DNA of 33,779 bases from an uncultured Pseudomonadota bacterium (GCA_937896265.1 CALBMD010000400.1:1-33779); one strand, 5' to 3'. Shown: positions 1 to 6,093, numbered from the stretch's first letter. Notes: generated by a model from the sequence alone, not told the origin. Numbers and translations: made by a program.

Positions 1-149
1 GGGGCTCATCGCGAGTCGAGGCTCGGGGCTCATCGCGAGTCGAGGCTCGGGGCTCATCGCGAGTCGTGGCTTGGGACTCATCGCGAGTCGAGGCTTGGGA
101 CTCATCGCAAGTCGAGGCTTGTGGCTCATCGCGAGTCGTGGCTTGGGAC
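1..149. repeat. 24-bp tandem direct repeat, six full units plus a partial seventh, running off the left contig edge
   Basis: The units read directly as GGGGCTCATCGCGAGTCGAGGCTC (1-24 and 25-48). Variants at 49-72, 73-96, 97-120 and 121-144 differ at 1-3 positions. GGGAC at 145-149 starts a seventh unit. The unit is 8 codons long and in frame with the ORF ending at 779. Confidence 0.9.
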
Positions 150-779
150 ACCACTTCGATCCATCTCTACGGCCAGTCGACCCTCTCAGCGTTTTTCATG
201 TGCGCAGTATTCGTGAAATCATTAAGCGCTAAAATTGAGCATTTAGCTGATAAATCAACCGCTAAATTCTGTTTCGATACTACTTCGAAAATAGTTAAGG
301 GTATCATCCTTAAAAAGGATCGCACCGCACACATTGAATTCAATCAAAAAGAGCTTAGTTATGAAACTTATCTTAAGCGAGGATATCTCAAAGCTGATGG
401 TATTATTTCTAAGGTTATAGCGCACAAGAAATTCAAAACCATTGAAGTATTTGAAGTAGAGCAGCGATTCGAGAAGAGTTTTGTAGTTAAAAAAGGTCAA
501 ACCTTTTCTCACGGTAAAACAATCAAAGAAGCTAAAGAGTCTCTGAAATATAAAATTTCTAGCCGCGACACTTCTGAGTTTAAGAAGTGGAACTTAAAGA
601 CGGTCGCAACTCAAGCCAAAATGATCGAAGCGTATCGCGTGATCACTGGGGCTTGCGAGTTTGGGGTGCGTGACTTCTGCCAAGGTAAGAAGCTCCCTAG
701 TAAGCTATCTGTGGCTAATGTGATTGAATTAACAAATGGAAAATATGGAAACGAAAAGTTTCAGGAGTTTTTTAAATGA
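3..779 (+). CDS. Hypothetical protein with N-terminal 8-aa tandem repeats, probably 5'-truncated by the contig edge
   Basis: The ORF track lists 66..779 with a GTG start. I read the same frame open with no stop back to base 3 (GGC TCA TCG CGA GTC GAG ...). The first ~48 codons are the repeat, (G/D)SSRVEA(R/W). The remaining ~190 aa are non-repetitive and match no family I recognise. Confidence 0.6.
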   Translation, partial: GSSRVEARGSSRVEARGSSRVVAWDSSRVEAWDSSQVEACGSSRVVAWDTTSIHLYGQSTLSAFFMCAVFVKSLSAKIEHLADKSTAKFCFDTTSKIVKGIILKKDRTAHIEFNQKELSYETYLKRGYLKADGIISKVIAHKKFKTIEVFEVEQRFEKSFVVKKGQTFSHGKTIKEAKESLKYKISSRDTSEFKKWNLKTVATQAKMIEAYRVITGACEFGVRDFCQGKKLPSKLSVANVIELTNGKYGNEKFQEFFK

Positions 780-832
780 ACCCCACGATCAAGCGGATAG
801 CTGAACTCGAACATTTGGCGATGGAGAAATGA
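776..832 (+). CDS. Micro-ORF (18 aa, MNPTIKRIAELEHLAMEK) linking two genes by ATGA overlaps
   Basis: The ATG at 776 overlaps the TGA at 777-779. Its own TGA (830-832) overlaps the next ATG at 829. AGGAG lies ~9 nt upstream. It is too short to judge coding potential. Confidence 0.3.
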   Translation: MNPTIKRIAELEHLAMEK

Positions 833-1176
833 TGAATAAACTTGAGTTTTACAAAAGCATTAAATTAGACAGACATAGATACCGCGTACCCCGCCCAAAA
901 AGACGATTGCAAATTAGTGTTGATCTGCAAATGTCTGTTTGTAACCACAATGGACGATGGGTCGTTGCTTATACATACGGTTGGGATCACTTCTTTAGGT
1001 CTTGCGATACACTAAACAGAACACAAGCTTTAAAAATGATCTCTTTCCTAAGCGATTATGTGAACCTTGTTAAGCCGACCGAGGCAACGACACTTAATGC
1101 AAGCATACGGGCTAAAACAAATAGCATTACACGAGATGCCGAGGCTTTGACTGGATTGGCAATGGAGAAGAAATGA
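829..1176 (+). CDS. Hypothetical early protein
   Basis: ORF track. GGAGAA SD precedes the start. ATGA overlaps occur at both ends. Confidence 0.7.
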   Translation: MMNKLEFYKSIKLDRHRYRVPRPKRRLQISVDLQMSVCNHNGRWVVAYTYGWDHFFRSCDTLNRTQALKMISFLSDYVNLVKPTEATTLNASIRAKTNSITRDAEALTGLAMEKK

Positions 1177-1478
1177 ATAAAACTAAGCTAACCGAACTAA
1201 GACGATCGGCAGAATACGAACTGGCACCTTACGATGAAAAATGTCCTGAGTGTGATTTTCCAAAATCGTATCGTCATAGATACGGATGCGAATTTCCATA
1301 TTTCAAAAAAGACCCCGCCGCAATATTGGAGCTACTTGATCAGCTTGAGAAGGCTGTGGAAGTGATTCGGTCAATAGATGAACATCGAATGAGCAGCTAT
1401 CTATCAACTGACGACATGCTTAAAGATCATCTTAAAAAATGTTGTGAATTTTTAGCATCGATGGAAGGGAAAGAATGA
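1173..1478 (+). CDS. Hypothetical early protein with CxxC motif (CPECDF...YGC)
   Basis: ORF track. GGAGAAG SD. ATGA coupling at both ends. Confidence 0.7.
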   Translation: MNKTKLTELRRSAEYELAPYDEKCPECDFPKSYRHRYGCEFPYFKKDPAAILELLDQLEKAVEVIRSIDEHRMSSYLSTDDMLKDHLKKCCEFLASMEGKE

Positions 1479-1711
1479 AATATTTTTACATCTGCTATAT
1501 GGGCTCACAAGTTGGAAACATGACAATGTCTTTCGAAAAGAAATTTAGCTTAGTAGAAGCATCAAAGGAAGTTTCAATTAGGTGCGAAGATGCGGTAATC
1601 ATTTCATGGACCGAAATAGATATTTTTGAATTTATCGAGTATGGAAAATATTGTAAAAACCATTCTCTTTCGTATAAACCAACACTTGCAGTTGTAGAGG
1701 AATTAAAATGA
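1475..1711 (+). CDS. Hypothetical early protein
   Basis: ORF track. GGAAGGGA SD. ATGA coupling at both ends. Confidence 0.65.
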   Translation: MKYFYICYMGSQVGNMTMSFEKKFSLVEASKEVSIRCEDAVIISWTEIDIFEFIEYGKYCKNHSLSYKPTLAVVEELK

Positions 1712-2238
1712 CCAGCGCGAATGTGCGGAAGCCGAAATACACAGGCGAGTTTGAGATATGGGGAACTGATGCTTGCCGTAATTATGATTACTGTGGTGGT
1801 CGCATTACTCTTTTTGTAGCAAATAAAAAATGTATTAGCTGCGATCCTGAATCATACAAAAAACGCGAAGCGCTCCCCGACGACAGCGCGAATGAGCGGA
1901 AGCAGCTATCAGAATTAGTTAGAGATTTTCTATTGAAATACCATGACTCTAAGGTCCGTGATGACGATGACTTAGAAATTGCTTTTACCGTTGGATATAG
2001 ACATGGACGAGAGTCAATGATCGAACCCGACAGCGCGAATGATGAAGATTTTGAGAAGGTGCAAGCGGAAATCGAAATCCTGAAGATGCAGTTAGAGATT
2101 GCCAAAGATGCACTTGATGAAATTCAGCACATAACAATTGGTGGATTAAAAATGGATGCAGCAGATGGAATGGAACCTCTCGATTGGAAGTACCACGCAA
2201 GAAATGCCCTCGCAGCAATCGCAAAGGATGTGAAATGA
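1708..2238 (+). CDS. Hypothetical early protein (Cys-rich N-terminal half, acidic/coiled C-terminal half)
   Basis: ORF track. GAGGA SD. Contains CISC and CRNYDYC motifs. Carries three copies of a CAGCGCGAATG-core DNA repeat in the same codon phase. Confidence 0.75.
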   Translation: MTSANVRKPKYTGEFEIWGTDACRNYDYCGGRITLFVANKKCISCDPESYKKREALPDDSANERKQLSELVRDFLLKYHDSKVRDDDDLEIAFTVGYRHGRESMIEPDSANDEDFEKVQAEIEILKMQLEIAKDALDEIQHITIGGLKMDAADGMEPLDWKYHARNALAAIAKDVK

Positions 2239-2378
2239 GAGGTGAAATTATTTTAAGATTTAATGATTCATTTATTTGGAAACCATATTTTCAATGTGGA
2301 TGGTATCGCGGTCCTAACTTCTATTTTGGATGGTTATGGTTAAGGGTTAATTTTAATGTTTGGAGAGTTTGGAAATGA
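2235..2378 (+). CDS. Small Trp/Phe-rich hypothetical protein (47 aa)
   Basis: The ATG at 2235 forms an ATGA with the upstream stop, and AGGA lies upstream. The track ORF 2184..2378 is the same frame with an earlier start inside the upstream gene. The product MRGEIILRFNDSFIWKPYFQCGWYRGPNFYFGWLWLRVNFNVWRVWK has 7 Trp. Confidence 0.45.
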   Translation: MRGEIILRFNDSFIWKPYFQCGWYRGPNFYFGWLWLRVNFNVWRVWK

Positions 2379-2440
2379 CCTGCCCCCACGGAATCGATAA
2401 GGATTTTTGCCAAGTTTGCTTTGAGAGGAATGGAAAATGA
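2375..2440 (+). CDS. Micro-ORF (21 aa, MTCPHGIDKDFCQVCFERNGK), Cys-rich
   Basis: ATGA overlaps at both ends. GGAG SD upstream. It lies below the track length cut-off and I read it from the sequence. Confidence 0.3.
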   Translation: MTCPHGIDKDFCQVCFERNGK

Positions 2441-2550
2441 TTAAGTTTAAGAGATGGTTTTTAATTCACATTTTTAGAATGGAAGAATCTGTGATTACAA
2501 CAATATCGGGTGAATACAAAATCTATGCATTTAAGGATATTTATAAATGA
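2437..2550 (+). CDS. Micro-ORF (37 aa)
   Basis: ATGA overlaps at both ends. GAGAGGA SD upstream. Read from the sequence. Confidence 0.35.
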   Translation: MIKFKRWFLIHIFRMEESVITTISGEYKIYAFKDIYK

Positions 2551-3050
2551 CTAAATCCAAAGAAGAGCTGGCAACGGAATATTCTCATCGTTTCGACAAG
2601 GGGAATAAATTTAATACAACAAACTCCGGCGATGCTTACTTTGAAGAGTTGGCATTCCTCGCGGATATGTGGAGACCGTTAAAGATGGAAAATGAAAAGA
2701 AAGTTGCTAAAGATTATTGGTTTATTGAAGACCGATTGTATTCTTGTGATTGCGTGAGTGGTGAGCCGATTAAAACTGATCCATGCTTTAAAGTTATCCA
2801 CTGTAAAGAAGTCCTGCCATCCCAAGAATCAGGTGTTTGCCCCGCATGTGGTACAGAGTTTGAATTAGAATCATTCACGCGCTGTAAAGAATTACTACTC
2901 TCTGAGTTAGATCAGCTCAGAAAGCTCAAGAAACAGGCGATTGAGGTGGTGGGGTTTTATTCAAAATGCGATGGTTTTTGCGCTGACGAAGAGTGTGTTT
3001 GTGAAACAAAAACCGCAAACGCATTCCTAGAAAAGTGGGGTGAGAAATGA
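2547..3050 (+). CDS. Hypothetical early protein, Cys-rich (CPACG...; CDGFCADEECVC)
   Basis: ORF track. AAGGA SD. ATGA coupling. Confidence 0.75.
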   Translation: MTKSKEELATEYSHRFDKGNKFNTTNSGDAYFEELAFLADMWRPLKMENEKKVAKDYWFIEDRLYSCDCVSGEPIKTDPCFKVIHCKEVLPSQESGVCPACGTEFELESFTRCKELLLSELDQLRKLKKQAIEVVGFYSKCDGFCADEECVCETKTANAFLEKWGEK

Positions 3051-3259
3051 CCACAAAAGAATACGCAGGTAAATATTGGATGTGTTCTGGTTGTGCGTTA
3101 GAGCAAGGCAGAAAACACAGCGGAGATGCTTGCACTATGATCATTGGAAAATGCGGTCACTGCAAAGTTGACATAGAGCAAACACTTACCCCGTGGGTAG
3201 ATTTCAATTGGAAATCTGATAAGATAAAAGACCTTAAAGCAAAGATGGGAAGAGATTAA
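3047..3259 (+). CDS. Small zinc-ribbon-like protein (CSGC ... CGHC)
   Basis: ORF track. GGGGTGAG SD. ATGA overlap with the upstream gene. Confidence 0.7.
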   Translation: MTTKEYAGKYWMCSGCALEQGRKHSGDACTMIIGKCGHCKVDIEQTLTPWVDFNWKSDKIKDLKAKMGRD

Positions 3260-3260
3260 G

Positions 3261-3338
3261 ATGACTTTACAAATAGAAACTAATATTCCATCCATAACTA
3301 CAGACTGCAATTGCATCGAGTGCAGATTCGGTCAGTAG
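3261..3338 (+). CDS. Micro-ORF (25 aa, MTLQIETNIPSITTDCNCIECRFGQ)
   Basis: The ATG lies 2 nt after the upstream TAA. GGAAGAG SD. Contains C-x-C-x2-C. Very short. Confidence 0.25.
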   Translation: MTLQIETNIPSITTDCNCIECRFGQ

Positions 3339-3356
3339 CTATTTTTCAAAATATTA

Positions 3357-3385
3357 TTGACAAGAATAAATGACGATTAAAACAT
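3357..3385 (+). promoter_or_regulatory. Candidate sigma70-type promoter (TTGACA-N17-AAACAT) abutting the SD-less start at 3393
   Basis: A perfect -35 TTGACA sits at 3357-3362. The -10 is weak (AAACAT, 3380-3385), and the ATG lies 8 nt after it. Confidence 0.25.
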
Positions 3386-3392
3386 ACACTGT

Positions 3393-3671
3393 ATGAGTGA
3401 GACTGGGTTTAATTGCACTAAATGCGGAGCTTGTTGTAGGGCGCTCACTAAAGAGCACTGTGACATGCTGGGCCTTCCACTTCACGAATCAGGAAAAGGG
3501 TGCGCTAACCTAGTAAATAACGAGTGTATAATATATAATGAAAGACCCGTATTTTGCAGCGTAAATGAATACTTTCATGTTTTTGACCTTAAAATGAAAA
3601 AAGAAGAATGGTTTAAACTAAACGAAGAGAAGTGCAAAGAGCTTCAAGATCAAGAAAAAGAAGGGGGATAA
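3393..3671 (+). CDS. YkgJ/UPF0153-type CxxCxxCC cysteine-cluster protein
   Basis: FNCTKCGACC plus NNECIIYNERPVFC match the CxxCxxCC family signature. This is the only possible start, because an in-frame TAA lies 15 nt upstream. No SD is present. Confidence 0.8.
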   Translation: MSETGFNCTKCGACCRALTKEHCDMLGLPLHESGKGCANLVNNECIIYNERPVFCSVNEYFHVFDLKMKKEEWFKLNEEKCKELQDQEKEGG

Positions 3672-3753
3672 CGCAATGGCTAAGAAAAAACTAACTAAAA
3701 AAATTAAGTAAGTTTTAGATCTAAAGTCTCGTCTGAGGGGGGGGGTAGAGAGT

Positions 3754-4149
3754 ATGTGGAATAGATTTAATAAATCTAAGTCAAAAATGGGCAATCAAAG
3801 AACAGAGACACTAGGTTTCTCTTTTGGTTCAAAACTAGAGTCTTCTGTATTTCTAATATTAAAAAAGATGGAGGATGAGGGAGTGATTGTATCTATCAAG
3901 GTTCAAGATAGTGTCTATTTGACACTGGCTAAAATCCTCTATAAGCCCGATTTTCGATGCGAGAATCCAGACGGTACTTTCTTCTGGGTAGAAGCAAAAG
4001 GTTTTAAAACACCCGTTTGGGCTATCAAGAAACGACTATGGGAGTATTACGGCCCTGGTAATCTCTATATCTATGAAGGCAGTTATAAAAATCCTAAGCT
4101 AGTAGAGATCCTTATTTCTGAAGGCAACATAGATCAACAATCCTATTGA
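3754..4149 (+). CDS. DUF1064-family protein (PD-(D/E)xK-like nuclease fold)
   Basis: FGSKLES ... ILYKPDF ... WVEAKG ... KKRLWEYY fits the DUF1064 pattern as I recall it. A G9 tract and GAGAG lie just upstream of the ATG. Confidence 0.75.
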   Translation: MWNRFNKSKSKMGNQRTETLGFSFGSKLESSVFLILKKMEDEGVIVSIKVQDSVYLTLAKILYKPDFRCENPDGTFFWVEAKGFKTPVWAIKKRLWEYYGPGNLYIYEGSYKNPKLVEILISEGNIDQQSY

Positions 4150-4693
4150 TAGAATAAGGAACAGAATAATCCCTCTCTTTCGTCCATTTAAATGAATGTC
4201 CATATTCTCCTAAAACATGCCCTAGTGCTTCATGCCCTAGTGTTGAGGCAATTGAACAGTCACTAGATTTGTATGAAAAATACTTACGGTTGAAATGAAT
4301 GATCGGGCTTCCCACGTTTCTGTATGCAACCGCACTTGTGAATCTAGCGAGATACCACTGAACAGGGATTGAACCGCTTACCGACTGAAGGTGAATGGCT
4401 ACTTCTTCAGAAGTCTTTCCATTGGTTTCAATCATTTTTCTGTTCTTAATAGCATTAAAAAAGCATTGCGACTTTCTGACCTCGTTTAATTTTTTACCAG
4501 CGGAGAGGATTTTTTCAGCCTCTAGTTTGGAATTAAACTTCATATCAGGAACGAATAAAATATCACCCACGCCAATCGGTGATGGAGTCACTGAGGGCGC
4601 GGGAGTCGCAGCATTCAACGCAGAGACACCGCTCTGGACGCTTGAACAAGAAGCGAAACTTAATAAAAATAAAATTAAATAACGGTTAGCCAA
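4112..4693 (-). CDS. Predicted lipoprotein with C-terminal His cluster (GHEALGHVLGEYGH)
   Basis: The N-terminus MANRYLILFLLSFASC looks like a signal peptide with a lipobox-like FASC. It is the last gene of the late arm. Its 3' end overlaps the convergent gene by 38 nt. Confidence 0.75.
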   Translation of the reverse strand: MANRYLILFLLSFASCSSVQSGVSALNAATPAPSVTPSPIGVGDILFVPDMKFNSKLEAEKILSAGKKLNEVRKSQCFFNAIKNRKMIETNGKTSEEVAIHLQSVSGSIPVQWYLARFTSAVAYRNVGSPIIHFNRKYFSYKSSDCSIASTLGHEALGHVLGEYGHSFKWTKERDYSVPYSINRIVDLCCLQK

Positions 4694-5100
4694 AATGAAT
4701 CCTTTTCTTTCATGAAATCCATGAACTCTTTAAAACCCTGCTTTGAATAGGTAAGCATTTTTTGTTTACCGCCTATTTTTAGGCCCATAGACTTACCGAT
4801 TAAAATGCAACCTTCAGAGTCTTCATTGTAATTTCCAACATGGAAAAGAATGCCATAATGACCTGGCACTTTCATGACTTCAAAGGTTTCAAAAGGTACA
4901 AGATCAGCAAGTTTGTGCTCGCCCCTCACACACTCGTAGTTACCTTTAGGGAGCTTAGGAAGGTATACCTCACTTTGACCGTCTTCTTGTTTGTACGCTC
5001 GCTCCAGGGTGTAAAGTAGGTGTTTACCATCATAGGTTTTTAGCTGACCAAAAACCCCATCAGCACGATATAAATTGCGCTCTAGGATTAAATCAGTCAT
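4675..5100 (-). CDS. DUF5675-like protein, candidate cell-wall-active enzyme
   Basis: GVFGQL..TLER..LPKGNYEC..VPGHYGILFHVGNYNEDSEGCILIG. The H...S-x-G-C-I segment resembles the YkuD L,D-transpeptidase catalytic motif. The gene sits inside the lysis cassette. Confidence 0.7.
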   Translation of the reverse strand: MTDLILERNLYRADGVFGQLKTYDGKHLLYTLERAYKQEDGQSEVYLPKLPKGNYECVRGEHKLADLVPFETFEVMKVPGHYGILFHVGNYNEDSEGCILIGKSMGLKIGGKQKMLTYSKQGFKEFMDFMKEKDSFWLTVI

Positions 5101-5383
5101 TTCCGATTGCCCCTAAAATTGAATCAATCCATTCCTCGTCCTTATTGTAGTCAATAGGGCTTAAACAGACATAGTTTTTTATTGGTTTTACTTCCCACTT
5201 GTTAGTCACAGGATTAAAGCACTGGCCTGTACCGTTATCGTTTGAAATGCAAACAACTACTTGCGGTCTAGGCGGTAATGCGGGTGGTGTACATTGGCGA
5301 CCTTGCCCCATGCCGAAACTTGCGCATGAACTATTTAGTGCGAAGATCAGAAATAACTTTAGCAAGCCTAGAGCGTTCTTCAT
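5093..5383 (-). CDS. Candidate o-spanin (secreted Pro/Cys-rich lipoprotein-like protein)
   Basis: An internal ATG at 5383 has GGAGG 9 nt upstream. The product starts MKNALGLLKLFLIFALNSSC, followed by TPPALPPRPQ and 4 further Cys. The start lies 53 nt inside the upstream membrane-protein gene in another frame. The lipobox is non-canonical (N at -3). Confidence 0.5.
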   Translation of the reverse strand: MKNALGLLKLFLIFALNSSCASFGMGQGRQCTPPALPPRPQVVVCISNDNGTGQCFNPVTNKWEVKPIKNYVCLSPIDYNKDEEWIDSILGAIGND

Positions 5384-5534
5384 CTGTGATAGCCTCCATG
5401 AGTTCGGATTCTGCTTTTCTTCTTTGATCAATTCTTGATTTTTCTTTAGCCTTTTTAATCTGATCAATTCCATACCAGACCAAACCGACTAAAGCTGTAA
5501 TAGCACCAGCAATTGTAGCAATTGACGTTAACAT
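5331..5534 (-). CDS. Candidate i-spanin or holin-like protein (N-terminal TM helix plus charged helix)
   Basis: MLTSIATIAGAITALVGLVWYG is followed by a K/E/R-rich helix. GAGGGG SD. The gene overlaps the o-spanin candidate. At 67 aa it is short for an i-spanin. Confidence 0.5.
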   Translation of the reverse strand: MLTSIATIAGAITALVGLVWYGIDQIKKAKEKSRIDQRRKAESELMEAITDEERSRLAKVISDLRTK

Positions 5535-5633
5535 CGTGACCCCTCACTATGCGGAAACGGTACTTTATCCATTCACTTTTACGGGCGAGGCAATTCCCAT
5601 TGTCCCCGCCCTTTCTCCCATCCTTGGTCGAAA

Positions 5634-5855
5634 CTATTTTAGTTTTTGTGGCAAAACTTTATCCATGAAATTAGCGATACCGCCTAAAATTTCACCTGAT
5701 TTTTTTACCGCAAAGCTAATGCCGTGAAGAATTGAAAGCGGCTTTTCTGACTTAGAAAGACGCAATGCAAACTCTACGGCAACACCTACAATTGCAGACG
5801 CAGCCATAAGATTGTTATTAATAAACTCACTGATTTGATTTAATACATGTTCCAT
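5634..5855 (-). CDS. Small membrane protein, holin candidate
   Basis: 73 aa with hydrophobic segments (LMAASAIVGVAVEFAL; ILGGIANFM). GAGGA SD. It sits in the lysis cassette. Confidence 0.5.
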   Translation of the reverse strand: MEHVLNQISEFINNNLMAASAIVGVAVEFALRLSKSEKPLSILHGISFAVKKSGEILGGIANFMDKVLPQKLK

Positions 5856-5856
5856 T

Positions 5857-6084
5857 TTAAGATTCCTCTCTTTGTCTTGAAAGCATAGCTCCCTCTATTC
5901 GCCCAAGACTTTCGCGAATACGAGCAAGATCCTCAGCAATTTTACTGTGATCAATTCTTAAAGCATCAACGTCTTTTTGGGTTTCAAGGTTAGCTCGCTC
6001 TTGAGCTAAAATTTTACCCTCTAAACGAACCAACCAAACAACAGCAGCTAAGGCAGATAAGATCATTTGAAATTGTTCGTTCAT
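5857..6084 (-). CDS. Small membrane protein with one N-terminal TM helix and a coiled C-terminus (holin/antiholin or spanin-like)
   Basis: MILSALAAVVWLV is followed by a charged helical region. It lies directly after the tail genes. Confidence 0.5.
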   Translation of the reverse strand: MNEQFQMILSALAAVVWLVRLEGKILAQERANLETQKDVDALRIDHSKIAEDLARIRESLGRIEGAMLSRQREES

Positions 6085-6093
6085 TTATTCTCA

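Noticed and set aside
1-149. Possible CRISPR array at the left end
   Set aside because: The 24-bp units are directly tandem with no spacers and are in frame with an ORF. This is a tandem repeat, not a repeat-spacer array.
3305-3314. Perfect 10-bp palindrome TGCAATTGCA, with TGCAATTG also at 31544 and 32376, as a possible shared operator
   Set aside because: Related 8-mers (CAATTGCA, AGCAATTG) also occur inside coding regions, e.g. near 5510, 5790 and 13170. I cannot establish enrichment by eye. It needs a genome-wide motif count.
4200-4250. Zincin HExxH metalloprotease motif in the lipoprotein
   Set aside because: On recount the motif is H-E-A-L-G-H, i.e. HExxxH, one residue longer than the zincin signature. 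I therefore describe it only as a His cluster and do not call it a metalloprotease.
5093-5473. Full 126-aa version of the ORF containing the o-spanin candidate
   Set aside because: The first 30 codons lie inside the upstream gene with no SD. The internal ATG at 5383 has GGAGG at an ideal distance and yields a signal sequence at the very N-terminus.
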